DNA from: Andalucia godoyi And28
Taxonomy: Eukaryota > Protista > Jakobida
Length of the DNA: 64,000 nt
NCBI GenBank assembly: GCA_009859145.1
Contig: VRVR01000030.1
Location: 190,612-254,611, forward strand
Reading direction: 5' to 3'
The notes under the pieces are model-generated. The model worked only from the letters and a program-made list of their open reading frames with translations. It did no database searches and had not been told where the DNA came from. The stretch's first letter is position 1; every line of letters starts with the position of its first letter. The translations under genes were made by a program, and so were the position numbers. Shown here one piece after another: positions 40,827 through 52,147 of the stretch.

Positions 40827-42032
40827 ATGTCAGTGTCGCTGCCTTTGATTGCTCCTCCTTCTCCTGCAATGTCTCCAGGAAGCAGCCAGACTCCGCGGAC
40901 TCCACGAAACCCGTTTGTCGTTCGGATGCCTGCTTCTTCTTCTTCTTCTCCCTTTTCTGCATCTGCTGCATCCGTTAGTACTGCTAGCGTTTCCTCACCG
41001 TCTTCATCTCCGGCTACCTCGCCAGCGACCACGTTCACAGCGACCACAACCAACAACATGTCTCAAGACATTTCTCCAAAGTCAGCGGCGACGCTCAAAC
41101 TTGCTGAGTTGAATACGGCACTGCAGAGCATTCGATCGACGGTCAACGTTCAAGAAGCAAAGTCAAAAGGTCAAGCAGATACAGCACGATTTCAGGAAAT
41201 GCGCGACTATCTCGAATCGCTCCGATCCGACATGCAGGCAGAAAGAGTAGTCCGTGTCGAGATGGTGACAAGAGTCGAAGATACGCTCAGCAAGGAAATT
41301 GCTGCTGTGCAGTCCAGGTGGCATGTCGAGCTTGAGAAGCTCAAGGGGGTTGTGTCCACAGTGGGACAAGCACTGAGTGAACTGCATGAATCACTTCAGT
41401 CGGAAGTTGCGGATAGACAGCGCGAATCGGCTGAGACAAGAGCAGAGATTCAAGCATTGCTTGACGGACAACGAAACATGGACGTATCAATGCGGTCAAT
41501 ATTCCATGATGTCCGCGAATTCCGATCTCTTTTGGAAAAGGCTTCTTCAGATACTGGGGTGGTTCTTGGACGAGTCGATGCCCGAATCGGGGCGTTGGAG
41601 AAGGAATCGAGCGAAACCAGAAGAGCGCATTCTGCAGCACTTGCCAATTTGGATCAGTACGTTGCGTTTGTGAAGGCCATGCAGCTGGATGTCAGAGCCG
41701 AGAAGGCATCGAGAGAGGATGCGCTGTCTAACCACAACGCAAAGGTTGAGCACATTACTGGTCTGCTGCGCGACGATCTTCGAAAAATTGAGCTCACGAG
41801 ACAGGCGGATCTTGTGAATTTGAAAGCTTGGATGGAGCGGACTTTTGCAGAGCAGCGAGCTCTGCTTGACGAGTCCTTCAAAGATCAGGACAAGAAGATG
41901 GCGGAGGAGATGGACAAGATTCGGAAGTTGCTGTTTGAAGAGCGAGCACACCGGCTCAAAGACAACGAAGACATCATCAAGCACTTTTCCGAGAATCTGC
42001 TCGACTTGCAAAAGCAAATACTGGGTGTCTAA
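40827..42032 (+). CDS. Coiled-coil protein, SF-assemblin/beta-giardin-like
   Basis: S/P-rich head, then periodic coiled coil with E-x-x-x-R motifs ending EERAHRLKDNEDIIKHFSENLLDLQKQI. Confidence 0.6.
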   Translation: MSVSLPLIAPPSPAMSPGSSQTPRTPRNPFVVRMPASSSSSPFSASAASVSTASVSSPSSSPATSPATTFTATTTNNMSQDISPKSAATLKLAELNTALQSIRSTVNVQEAKSKGQADTARFQEMRDYLESLRSDMQAERVVRVEMVTRVEDTLSKEIAAVQSRWHVELEKLKGVVSTVGQALSELHESLQSEVADRQRESAETRAEIQALLDGQRNMDVSMRSIFHDVREFRSLLEKASSDTGVVLGRVDARIGALEKESSETRRAHSAALANLDQYVAFVKAMQLDVRAEKASREDALSNHNAKVEHITGLLRDDLRKIELTRQADLVNLKAWMERTFAEQRALLDESFKDQDKKMAEEMDKIRKLLFEERAHRLKDNEDIIKHFSENLLDLQKQILGV

Positions 42033-42203
42033 AAATGAGAGTAGGACGGAAGCAAAAGGGCTTGCTTTATGACATGAATCTATTTCGATTTTCGATCCTT
42101 CTTCTTTCCTTTTTTCGTTCTTTCTTTTCGATTTCGAAATTTTGTTAATTCGTTTCGCATTCGTTTTTCGGTTACGTTTCGCTCTCGAGAGTGCATTAAG
42201 AAT

Positions 42204-43447
42204 TTAAGGCAGATCTTCTTCGTGATCTGCAAGGCGGCGAATGTAGAGATATGCATCGGTTCCCCAGGACTCCAGAGACTTGAGCTCGAGGTCCCCTCCA
42301 AAGTATCTTGCATAAAGCTTGGAAAGGGGTAACCCGTATCCATACCCTGCAATGCGATCTGTGTTTCCCTGGCCGCGAGAAGGGGACGGGTCAAACAAGC
42401 TTGATCCGGACCCCGACGGCCCGTTGACGCTGGACGTGACCGCGTCGTTGTTCTTGGCGGTGGTGTACGAATACGTCCACAACACTGGCAGCGCAGAGCG
42501 CGGAATTCCGCCTCCCTTGTCGGAAACCTTGATCGTCACGTCCTCTTGGCCGTTGGCGACAATCACGTTGATTTCAGGGTACTCATGATCGTCGTACAGC
42601 CACTCGGGAAGCTTCTCTCCTCGAAGCAACATTTGCTGCAGATGCTGCGACATTTCTTCTTGCGGAACTCCAAGTCTCTGCGACCTTTGTGTCTCCACGG
42701 TAGCCCGCATGGAATTCTTGATCAGCTCAAACAACATGAGATACAGATGCGACGGAACGTACGTGAATTTTGTATCGAGAGATCCGAGGATCTTCACTTT
42801 TGGCGCGACACCATAATTGGTATCACACAGCTGTTTGGCATGTCTCGACGCATCCTCGGCAACGTGTGTGGGTCTGCAGTCCTTCGTGATGATCCCCACG
42901 AATCCGGAAGTCTGCATGGCCTGCCGTCGTTCTTCGGGCGTCAAGGCGTGGAGTGCAAGATGCTGGCCAATGAGCATCCGGATTGAAATTCTGGACAAGT
43001 AGAACCGATCGAGGAACTGCTGCAGCTCAGGCCCCAAAATGTCTGCTCCAATTTTCTTTTTCAGCTCACGGATTCCCTGAGCCATCTGCTGCACAACCCA
43101 ATTATGACGCGTTTTGATGCCATCTAGTACATCGGTAAACTTCAAATCATCTTCAATGGACCGTATTTTTGGAAATTCATGGATCAGACGAAAAGAATCC
43201 ACGTAGAGTCCATGCACAGTCTTCACAGACGGCATTTCGCTGAGTCCAAAAGGCAGATTTTCAAGTTCTACAATCCGATGAGACAGTCGAATCGGCAGTT
43301 CGTTGTGCAGAAACTGACTTGCGAGCACCAGCGTCTTTGGACTTGTATTTTTCCCAAACTCAAACAATGTCCTAAGCGAAATAGGCGTCACTGATTTGGA
43401 AGCCGCTGAAAGCACTGCGTTTCGAAAAATGTGCTGTGATGAAAGCA

Positions 43448-43480
<33 letters not shown>

Positions 43481-43658
43481 GCTGGAGCTGAGTATGATGG
43501 TGTAGGCTTGTGGATGCAGGATGATGAGAATGCGTATGGGTATGGATATGAGTGTGAGTTAAATGGTGCGGATGATGATGGATCGGGACCGGAATCGACT
43601 GCGCTGCAAAAGAAGACGCTGTCGAAAACCTCAGCGCGTTTGAAACAGTTCTGAGCAT
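42204..43658 (-). CDS. PDK: Mitochondrial pyruvate dehydrogenase kinase (PDK/BCKDK family)
   Basis: FLHNELPIRLSHR, FLDRFYLSRISIRMLIGQH, FELIKNSMRAT, DKGGGI, AGYGYGLPLSKLYARYFGG. Confidence 0.93.
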
Positions 43659-43685
43659 CACTAAACACGCACGCAGAAGTCCCAC

Positions 43686-43755
43686 ACAGACACAGATAGA
43701 CACAGATAGACACAGATAGACACAGACAGACACAGACAGACACAGACAGACACAA
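43686..43755. repeat. (CACAGATAGA/CACAGACAGA)n tandem repeat in the PDK 5' region
   Basis: About six 10-bp units directly visible. Confidence 0.9.
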
Positions 43756-44011
43756 AACAAGAAGGGGAAAATTCAGTAGAACACAAAGAACAAAAAGATG
43801 AAATTATTCAATGATCATAACAATGACAACAATAAACAAAAATGCAAATCTTTTATTTTACAGGGTTTTTTGGTATTTTTGGGTGGTTTTTACTTTTGGC
43901 AGCATTAAAAGCCAATGACCACTCTGAATCCCCGAAAATTTCCGATTTTCTCGAATGGGCAATTCCTCTTCAATTTCCATTTTGGGACAGGAATCCAATC
44001 GCCGACGAAAT

Positions 44012-44335
44012 CTCGGCCTCCGACGAGAGGGGATCAACGGGTTTCTTGGTTCTGGGTATCTTCGGGCATGGTCGGTTTGAGGTTGTTGGGAAGACCCCTT
44101 TTTGGAGCCATGAGATGTGCTTTGTCTTTGTCTCTGATGAAAGGTGCTGCTTGAAGGTTCGATTATTCAAAAAAAAAAAAAAAAAAGCAAAACAAACAGA
44201 AAATAATAGAAAGAATGAGGAAGCGAAGAATGAAGAAAATTCTGGACCTGACTACGGTAAAACTTCCGATAGATATGATGTTATTTGATGTTTATACACG
44301 AAACGGCCAACCGTTGAGTTCTTTTCCGATTGCTT
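44012..44335 (-). repeat. Dispersed duplicate, copy B (degraded, inverted relative to 17745-18085)
   Basis: Same conserved blocks as copy A. QRLAVSCINIK* aligns with QRLTNLCMNIEQ of copy A but carries a stop. Confidence 0.8.
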
Positions 44336-44430
44336 TCAAAAAAACTCCAAAAAAAAAACCGCCCCCCAAACACAACAACAACAGCAAACAAAATAGTCGA
44401 GGTTGGTAATTAGTAGTTAGAGAGACGAAG

Positions 44431-45351
44431 ATGTCCGTTCAGTCTGCAGATCTTTGCTTGTCGAAGAAGCCGAAAGATTTGGAAATTCGTGTAAAGTACG
44501 AAGCGGACGATCTTGAGCGGCAGTTGGCGACGGCGCTGAAACGGAATGATTTCGATCGATCTGCAGAACTGCGAGATAAGATTGAGAGGCTGAAACGAGC
44601 GGATGCAGAAGCGAAGCAGGCTGCAGAAAAACAGCGACAACATGCAGAACAGTCGAAGCTGAATACAGCGTTTAAGCGGATGTCGTCGGAAACGGAGCGC
44701 CGAGTTGTCGAGTGTGCGTCGATGACTGAGAAAGAGTGCGAAGAGAAGATCAGAGGGATGGAGGCGTCTCATCGGTTTGAGTGGGAAGCTTTGGAGGAGG
44801 AAATCGCGTGGAGAGTGAAGATTGCAAAGCTGAGGTTTTCGCCGTCGTTGATCGCAATGAAGGATGCAGAAGCACGACTGATCTCCGCACAGCAGTTTGA
44901 AGAAGCAAAGGAGCTGCATAGAAGGGTTCTGATCCAAGAAGAGCGCGAGACGGCGAGATGGAAAGCCGATTTGCAGCGAACCATGGATGCGAAGAGAGCT
45001 AGACTGCAGGAGAAGCAAAACGGCGAAACAAACTTTATGCATCAGATGATGGCGAACTTGCGAGTCAAGGGCGAGCGAGCGCGGACGCACGAGCTCGAGC
45101 TGCTTGCACAGAGAAAACGGAACTTTGAAAAGGATATGAAACATGCTCATCGAATGGAAATGATTCTTCAGCCCGATCCGTCTGGAACACTTGTCCGAGC
45201 AAACTTGTCACATCGAGATAAGAGCTCGACCTACAAGGGCACGCTGCTGCTTGAGAAGCAAACGGGCTCGCGATTCGCAATTCCCTCTGTCTGCGAGATC
45301 GACGAGCTCGAGCGCACACAGGGTCTTGATCGCTCAATCCGACTTGCATAA
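44431..45351 (+). CDS. Coiled-coil protein with UVR-like motif(s)
   Basis: LERQLATALKRNDFDRSAELRDKIERLK matches the UvrB/UvrC coiled-coil pattern; there is a second weaker copy, AQQFEEAKELH. Confidence 0.7.
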   Translation: MSVQSADLCLSKKPKDLEIRVKYEADDLERQLATALKRNDFDRSAELRDKIERLKRADAEAKQAAEKQRQHAEQSKLNTAFKRMSSETERRVVECASMTEKECEEKIRGMEASHRFEWEALEEEIAWRVKIAKLRFSPSLIAMKDAEARLISAQQFEEAKELHRRVLIQEERETARWKADLQRTMDAKRARLQEKQNGETNFMHQMMANLRVKGERARTHELELLAQRKRNFEKDMKHAHRMEMILQPDPSGTLVRANLSHRDKSSTYKGTLLLEKQTGSRFAIPSVCEIDELERTQGLDRSIRLA

Positions 45352-45599
45352 AATTCCGGGTTCTTTGAGCTCTTCCATAGCAGGCAGAAAGCACGAAGAG
45401 GAGACGGAGGACGCAAAGACCTTTTTGAACAGAAATGTCAACAGTGTGTACAGATTTGCGAGATTTTTTTATATATTAAAAAAAAGGAGGGAAAAGAAGA
45501 ATGATGAAAAGCCACAGACAAAAAATAATAAAAAACAAGAAGAAAGAGGAAAACCATGAAGAAACAATAATACTCGAATAACGAAACAAGCACTGGAAT

Positions 45600-47102
45600 T
45601 TACAGCTCGTCCTTGGTCTCCTCCGCAGCAGATTCGACGGCGGCGAGGTCGGATTCCTTGACTCCAGCAGAGTTGTTCTCGAGCAGGAACTTGGACATTC
45701 CCTCAAGCGTTCGTTCTCCTGAAAAGTTGATGGGCTCCTTGGATCCCTTCTTGAAGAAGTACAAAGTAGGGTATCCCTGAACCTTGATTGGCTTGGGTGC
45801 ATCATTCACCGTCGCATCCATCTTTGCAACACGGATGCGGTCTGCAACAGGTGCAAAGCGGGCAGCAAGGTCGTCATAGATCGGGGCAAGCTGCTTGCAG
45901 TGGCCGCACCATGGGGCGTAGAACTCGACCAAAACATCACGGTTCGAGTCAAAAACTTCCTGAACAAAAGACTTTCCAACAAGAACAAACACGTGCGACG
46001 GATCTTCGTTTGCAGGAATTTCCTCCGAACGCATGAATGCCTCCATCTTTCCCTCTGCGAATTCCTCAACGAACTTTCCAACATTTTCTGCAGTGAGTTC
46101 GGCATTCAAGAACGGGAAGCGCTGGTCGTGGTGGAGATCATCAATTCCGAACGCTGGCGTGGTTCCCGGAAGACCGAGTCTCTTCTGGTGTTGGCCAAAG
46201 CGGGCGTTGTCCAAATAGCAGAAGACAATCTGCTTGTGGCCGTACTTCTGCGCAGACGCCCAGAGAGCCTGGATTGCGGGAATGTTCTTGACCTCGGCGG
46301 CCGACGGAGCCTGTCCTCCGAAAGCCGAGTAGTCCAAGAACAAAACACCGAGGGGCAGTCCACGGTTCACGTACTGTTCTGCAGTCTGTCCATTGAGTTC
46401 TCCAATCAGCGGAAGGACAAGAGACTTTGCCCATGCAACGACATCAGTGTCGACGGCGTCTGCATTCTGTGCAAAATCAAACTTGACTTCGGTCTGGTCG
46501 AAATCTCTGTATGCGACAATCGAGTCTTCTGATGCAGACGCAATGGATCCGAGCGCAAACAAGTCACGGAGCGCATTAGACGCCTTGTTGAGGAGTTCCG
46601 ACGCCTTTGCACCGTACGCAACAATAACCTTGTCTGCTCTGCGTGCATCAACGAATGCTTGTGCTTCTGCAGCAGACGCAAATGACGTCATGGAGGGCTC
46701 CACCTGCTTCTTCACATACTTGACAATGCCGTCCGCATCGCGGGGTCCCTTGAAGTCCGTTGCAACATCGGATCCACGGAAAATCTTGATCGTCGGGTAT
46801 CCCTGAACGCCAAAACGAGACGCGAGTTCCTTGTGAGTGTCCGCATCCACCTTGGCAAGCTTGATGGGCGAGCCCTCCGCGTCAAGAGTCGTGGCTGCCT
46901 TGGCCCACTCCGGCGCAAGCTTCTTGCAGTGGCCACACCACGGTGCATAGAACTCAACAGCGACAAACGAGTGTTCCGCAATCGCAGCATCAAAGTTTGA
47001 TCCATCGAGAACAAGAACGTGCTCTTCAGTCGGGATATCAGTCGCCAACGACAGCGAGACCAACGCCGCAACCAAGAGTACAGCAAACGTAGGACGGATC
47101 AT
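45600..47102 (-). CDS. PDI: Protein disulfide isomerase
   Basis: Signal peptide, two FYAPWCGHC active sites, a-b-b'-a' layout, C-terminal KDEL. Confidence 0.97.
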   Translation of the reverse strand: MIRPTFAVLLVAALVSLSLATDIPTEEHVLVLDGSNFDAAIAEHSFVAVEFYAPWCGHCKKLAPEWAKAATTLDAEGSPIKLAKVDADTHKELASRFGVQGYPTIKIFRGSDVATDFKGPRDADGIVKYVKKQVEPSMTSFASAAEAQAFVDARRADKVIVAYGAKASELLNKASNALRDLFALGSIASASEDSIVAYRDFDQTEVKFDFAQNADAVDTDVVAWAKSLVLPLIGELNGQTAEQYVNRGLPLGVLFLDYSAFGGQAPSAAEVKNIPAIQALWASAQKYGHKQIVFCYLDNARFGQHQKRLGLPGTTPAFGIDDLHHDQRFPFLNAELTAENVGKFVEEFAEGKMEAFMRSEEIPANEDPSHVFVLVGKSFVQEVFDSNRDVLVEFYAPWCGHCKQLAPIYDDLAARFAPVADRIRVAKMDATVNDAPKPIKVQGYPTLYFFKKGSKEPINFSGERTLEGMSKFLLENNSAGVKESDLAAVESAAEETKDEL

Positions 47103-47545
47103 TCGCGAACAATAAGAAAAGTAGTACAAAAAACCAACCAGAAAAAAAATAATAATAATATAATATAATATAATCTAAAATTATAGAAAATTAAAAAGGA
47201 AAGCAAAAAGTAAGAAAACGAAACGAAAGCCGCTGATGAAATGAGAAAAGTCTCGAAAGGGCAGACTTGAGCTGCGTTTGGTTTGAGATTTGAGCAGAGA
47301 AAGACTTGCAGAAGAGCGGAGACACGACAACAGTCTGTGTGATTTTGCCACGTGCAATTTGCTCCAGCGGATGCTTACAGCAGGCAGGCATCGTTCCTGC
47401 AAGAAACGCCCAACTGTAGATTGGCCGTTGGGAGTCCGTTACCTCCGAAACCTGACCGATCACGACAAAAAGGACCGCGTTGCGATTTGGGGCGCCTCGA
47501 AAATGATGATCAAGAAACCGAACATGCAAGTACGTATGTATAGTT

Positions 47546-47546
47546 G

Positions 47547-47600
<54 letters not shown>
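47546..47600. repeat. Compound (CAG)n(TAG)n microsatellite
   Basis: A CAG run switches directly into a TAG run between the divergent PDI and PPP2R3C genes. Confidence 0.92.
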
Positions 47601-47601
<1 letters not shown>

Positions 47602-47670
47602 CATAGCAGGAGTAGGAGAACACACATAGTAGAAGAGGGGAAAAAAGAAAGAAAGAAAGAAAACAATAAT

Positions 47671-49404
47671 ATGAGTACATTGTTGTCGTCGTTGTTGGAG
47701 TCGTACACAGCTCGACATGAATTGTCAGGAAAGAACATGGACTTGGTCATGGGTGAGCAAGAGGCCGCGAGTGGGATGCATCATGGTGGGGCGGCGCCAT
47801 TGATGCTTCCTCGGCTGCATGCAAAGCCACGGCAGGGCACGGTGGAGCACGTTGTGTATCTCGAAGCCCGGAAGCTGTTTCTTGATCGAAAGCACGCGGA
47901 ACTCATTGATCCGTCGTTGTTTTCACCAATTGCAAAGGTTCTGATGACGCATGCGAACTTGTCGCTGCTGTCGACTCTGGAAGCCGAGCTCTCTGCGTCT
48001 GCGTCTGCGTCTGGGTCTGCGTCTGTGTCTGTGTCTGTGTCGTCTTCAAACTCGGGGTTGAAACGCACGAGAAGCGCCATGCTGCAAGAATGGAAACGAA
48101 AGGTCTCGACGTATATCAATTACGAGCAGTATTCCTACGCGGCCTCTCAGCTCGTGGACGATGGCATCTTGAGCCCTGCGCAGGCGTCAGAGTACTTGTC
48201 ACCGGCCGCGTTCCTCATGCACACTCCAGATGCACAAGGCAGGGTCTCCGTGGCGCTGGTTCTCGCACACATCACGAAAAAGACGGCCGCGATGCAGACA
48301 CGAATTGCGCTTTCTGTGCATGATGTGGACGGTGACGGCTTCTTGACCGAACAGGATTTGGATGCGTTTGTCTATGAGGCGATTCCAGCAATCCCGCATA
48401 TTGCTGCGATTCCAGAGTCGTTTTATCCGTTTTACACGTGTGCAGCCGCGAGAAAGTTTCTCTTTTTCCTTGATCCGATGCGCAGAGGTATGGTGGACAT
48501 TCTCGATCTGCTTCAGTCGGATGTTCTGGCCGAGTTTGTCGCTGTGACAACGTGGAACAACTCGCTCTTTGGAGCCCTTGGAAATGTACTCGCAGATCTC
48601 GACTCTCTGGTTTTTGCAGACACACAGCTCATGAACCCTCTCGGCGGGAGCACTGGAAGCTCGGCACCAAGCGGGCTCTCATCGCTGCCTCCAATTGGCG
48701 GCACCAACAAGCAGCCCATGGGGCTGTTGCACGGAGCCGGTAGCATGGGAATCACCGGCAATGCGGCCCATATGGGAACGAGCAATGCTACGGTTATGAC
48801 GCTCGTTGGTGTTCCGTCCACTTCGCGAGTGATTCCGAGAAAGAACTGGTTTGGCCGAGACTTTTCGCTCGCGGTGTACTCAACGTTCCTCGACCTTGAC
48901 CTTGATGCGAACGGGATGCTGGCTCCCGACGAGCTTGAGCACTGGAACTCGGGAATGCTGACAGAGACGTTCGTTAGCCGCGTCTTTGCTGTGTCCCACA
49001 CATACGATGGACAGATGGATTACAAAGCGTATCTGGACTTTGTGCTGGCACAGACTTACAAAACAGACCCGGTATCGCTCGCTTATCACTTTCGGGTTTT
49101 GGATGTTTCGCAGTCGGGAAAAATCACGGTATTTACCATCAATTACTTTTTCAGAGACTTGTCTGTTCGAGTGTCGATGGCTGGCGCAGACCCAGCAGCC
49201 GTCGAAGATGTCAAGGACGAGATCTTTGACATGGTCAAGCCAAAAGACCCCTTTGGCATCACCCTTGACGACTTGGTCAAGTGCAAGGTCGGTGACACGG
49301 TCGTCAGCATACTATCCGACGTCGTCGGATTCATTGCTTACGAAAATCGAGAAAACCAGTCTTCTGCGGGTCAAGATGATGACGGCGATTCTGCCGATGA
49401 CTGA
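47671..49404 (+). CDS. PPP2R3C: PP2A regulatory subunit B'' gamma (EF-hand)
   Basis: DVDGDGFLTEQDL, FYTCAAARKFLFFLDP, NWFGRDFSLAVYSTFLDLDLDANGML, MDYKAYLDFVLA, DVKDEIFDMVKP. Confidence 0.88.
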   Translation: MSTLLSSLLESYTARHELSGKNMDLVMGEQEAASGMHHGGAAPLMLPRLHAKPRQGTVEHVVYLEARKLFLDRKHAELIDPSLFSPIAKVLMTHANLSLLSTLEAELSASASASGSASVSVSVSSSNSGLKRTRSAMLQEWKRKVSTYINYEQYSYAASQLVDDGILSPAQASEYLSPAAFLMHTPDAQGRVSVALVLAHITKKTAAMQTRIALSVHDVDGDGFLTEQDLDAFVYEAIPAIPHIAAIPESFYPFYTCAAARKFLFFLDPMRRGMVDILDLLQSDVLAEFVAVTTWNNSLFGALGNVLADLDSLVFADTQLMNPLGGSTGSSAPSGLSSLPPIGGTNKQPMGLLHGAGSMGITGNAAHMGTSNATVMTLVGVPSTSRVIPRKNWFGRDFSLAVYSTFLDLDLDANGMLAPDELEHWNSGMLTETFVSRVFAVSHTYDGQMDYKAYLDFVLAQTYKTDPVSLAYHFRVLDVSQSGKITVFTINYFFRDLSVRVSMAGADPAAVEDVKDEIFDMVKPKDPFGITLDDLVKCKVGDTVVSILSDVVGFIAYENRENQSSAGQDDDGDSADD

Positions 49405-49767
49405 CCCCCCCCGACGACCATGTCAATCATTCCAAAAACATTTTCTGCCTTCCCACCGACCCCAGCGATTCTCCGTTACGCAAATTCCTTATGATTCTTG
49501 ATTTCATTACACTTGACTGCATGCAAGTGAAAAACGTCAAGAGTGGTAAGTACAATGTAGATACAAAACTCTAGCACAATAGGATGGGGAAGCATTCATC
49601 CCCTCTCAAGGAGAAGGAAGAAAAAAAAATAAAAAAGAATGCGAAAAACAACAACAGCACCAGCACCGGCACCGGCACCGGATCAGTCTGTCCAACTGGA
49701 GCGCTATCTGTGTTGCCGGTAAAAATGCAAAGGCAAAAGGGCCAAAAAAAAAAGTAAAAAAAAGTCA

Positions 49768-51210
49768 TTACATGTTCGGCAGCACAACACGGAACGGCAA
49801 TCTGGGATCAACAGCTTTTCCATCATCCGAATCGTCCAGAACTGCTTGATCTTCCGGATCTGTTGAGACAATAGCGCCTCGGTCAACCGCCCGTCTTCTT
49901 CGGCGAGTTTCTCTCCTCTTGAACAATGCTTCATCCTGTGCTCTCTTCTTCCGATACACACTCTGCAAGAACGGTTGCAAATCCTCTGGAAGCGACTCGG
50001 TGTCCCGAACCGACATGTCTCCGCACTGATGAATAGGCGCGCTGAACGGCAGTGAATACGAGTACGGCAGCGTTGGATCGGGAGCCGTGGAGTCTTGGAA
50101 TGGAACTGAAAACAGCGATTGAAACGGCAACTCCGACCAATGGCGCCATTCCACAAAGTCTCGGGCGACCCCATCGGTCAGTGGAAACAGCGGAAGCAAA
50201 TCCTCATCCGTTGGAACGACCTCGGAAACTCCGTCCAAGCGCTTACCAAGGCTGATCTCAGACTTTGGTTTTTTGGAAAGCCTGTCTTGTACCCATTTTT
50301 CGCGCTCCTCTTCTCGATCAAGGGCTCTTTTCCTCGCATGTTCTTGCCGCGATTTGAAAACCCCTTTTGTTTCTTCGTCGACAACTGCTGGCTGCCCGGC
50401 CTTTCGGAACAAAAGGACATGTGGATGCGAGACCAGCCATTCCTCTAACAATATGATTCGGGCCTGCGACTCGGACGTGCAGTGCTTGACAAGATGTCGC
50501 CCGTGCGAGATAATGGTATGTACTTTTTTTGACTCTAGATTCATCCTGGAAGCCAAGCTTGCTCTAGCACCAGTATCGGCTCGTGCATTGGCAAGATGGG
50601 TGCATATCCATTCGGCAATGAACGTTGCAACTTCAATTCCTGTTTCTTGGGGCATTGGTAGTGCACCAATGCGGTTCATCCAGATCATTATCTCAAGCAT
50701 CTCGTCCAGATTCAGCTTGTGTTCGCCAAAATATTCTCTAGGCTTCAGAAAAGGATTTTCAAACAAGCAGAACCCAGTCGAAGGAAGGACAAACCGCCAG
50801 GAAAGGTCCCTCGCAGACTTCAGCTGCTCAGCCAGCGACAATGTTGATTCGCTAAAATCAAAACGAACACTCTCGACCCCGTTCGCGCTTGCAATGCCGT
50901 TCGTATGAAATCCCGTCGATGACACATCCTCGATTTTCGATTCCTCCATGAATAACTGCTGCTGATGCAGAGAAGAAGCCGACGCTGAAGCCGACGGATC
51001 CACGATCAGGTCCGCCGACGAAGCGCTCTTCTTTAATAGGCTTGTTGGATCAAGAGCGAGCGGATTGCTGTCGTCCGATGTGAACTGTGTGTACTGTTGC
51101 TGGACCTGCCGCGATAGCTGAATTTCATGCTGCTGCTGCGCCAACACTGCATATTGGGGGACATTCTTGTTCGTCTTGCGAATGAGTCGCGGCACAACTG
51201 GTGCAGGCAT
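49768..51210 (-). CDS. Hypothetical protein (start at 51210 or 51282)
   Basis: Long ORF with protein-like composition and basic NLS-like stretches; no family recognised. Confidence 0.7.
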   Translation of the reverse strand: MPAPVVPRLIRKTNKNVPQYAVLAQQQHEIQLSRQVQQQYTQFTSDDSNPLALDPTSLLKKSASSADLIVDPSASASASSLHQQQLFMEESKIEDVSSTGFHTNGIASANGVESVRFDFSESTLSLAEQLKSARDLSWRFVLPSTGFCLFENPFLKPREYFGEHKLNLDEMLEIMIWMNRIGALPMPQETGIEVATFIAEWICTHLANARADTGARASLASRMNLESKKVHTIISHGRHLVKHCTSESQARIILLEEWLVSHPHVLLFRKAGQPAVVDEETKGVFKSRQEHARKRALDREEEREKWVQDRLSKKPKSEISLGKRLDGVSEVVPTDEDLLPLFPLTDGVARDFVEWRHWSELPFQSLFSVPFQDSTAPDPTLPYSYSLPFSAPIHQCGDMSVRDTESLPEDLQPFLQSVYRKKRAQDEALFKRRETRRRRRAVDRGAIVSTDPEDQAVLDDSDDGKAVDPRLPFRVVLPNM

Positions 51211-51597
51211 GCTTGGGAATGCAGAAGGTTGACATTCCCGAGCATGCAGAAACGAGGAATGCGATATCACTCGAAAACGCATATACGAATGTATATCTGT
51301 ATGTCTGTGTATATAAGACAAGCGACTAAAAGGACCCACGGAAAAAACCCCCCCAATAATAATATAAAATGTGAATGAATCGCCACAGAGCACCACAGCA
51401 ACCGACAAAGATCAGATCAAAAAACAAAAATAATAATAATTAAAAAGAATAAAAAGTAAAAAGAAAAACTAAGACTCTATATGTAATAATTATAATTATT
51501 AGAACAATGATAATGAGAATTTAAAGAAAATAAAAAAAAACCAACAAAAAAAACGAAGAGTAAAGTACTTTTTGCGAGACACAACACGCAGCAGGAA

Positions 51598-51700
51598 AGA
51601 GAAGAGTAGAGAAGAGAAGAGACGAGAAGAGACGAGAAGAGACGAGAAGAGAAGAGAAGAGAAGAGAAGAGAAGGAAAAGGAAGGGAAGGGAAGGAGAGA
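51598..51700. repeat. Purine-rich (GAGAA/GACGAGAAGA)n tract
   Basis: Tandem 5-bp and 10-bp units directly visible in intergenic DNA. Confidence 0.85.
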
Positions 51701-52147
51701 GAAAGACCGCCATGTTTGTGTGTTTGTGGTGTGTTTTGTGTGGACGGAGGAGACACCACAATTGCAAAGAGGCTGACACTTCTCTCTTGTCATCGGCTTA
51801 CAGGTTTCTAATTGGGAGGGCACCTACGGCCTCAACTCACACTCAAGCAAAAAATAATAATAAAAGAATCCACTTGAGGCACTGTACTGCTTAATAGGTA
51901 TTCGTCGTTCTCAAAGCATTCCCAAAAGGGGCTCCTCGAACAGCTCTTTACATCATGCTTGCTCTTTCTTTGTGTTCTTCTGCTTTGTATTCTCGCACAC
52001 ACGTACATATACGATTTTATTTAAAAGTCTTTTGTCCTAGGCGCTATCTGATCTTCTTCTTTTCTGGTGTTGTTTGTTTGTTTGCTTGTTTTTTTTTCTT
52101 GGGTGCGTGTGTGTGGGTGCCGTCTTTACGAGTTGCTCACGTGCTTG

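Noticed and set aside
44130-44165. CTGATGA as a hammerhead core or C box
   Set aside because: There is no stem II followed by GAAA, no paired D box with a terminal stem, and the motif is not conserved in copy A (GGATGA).
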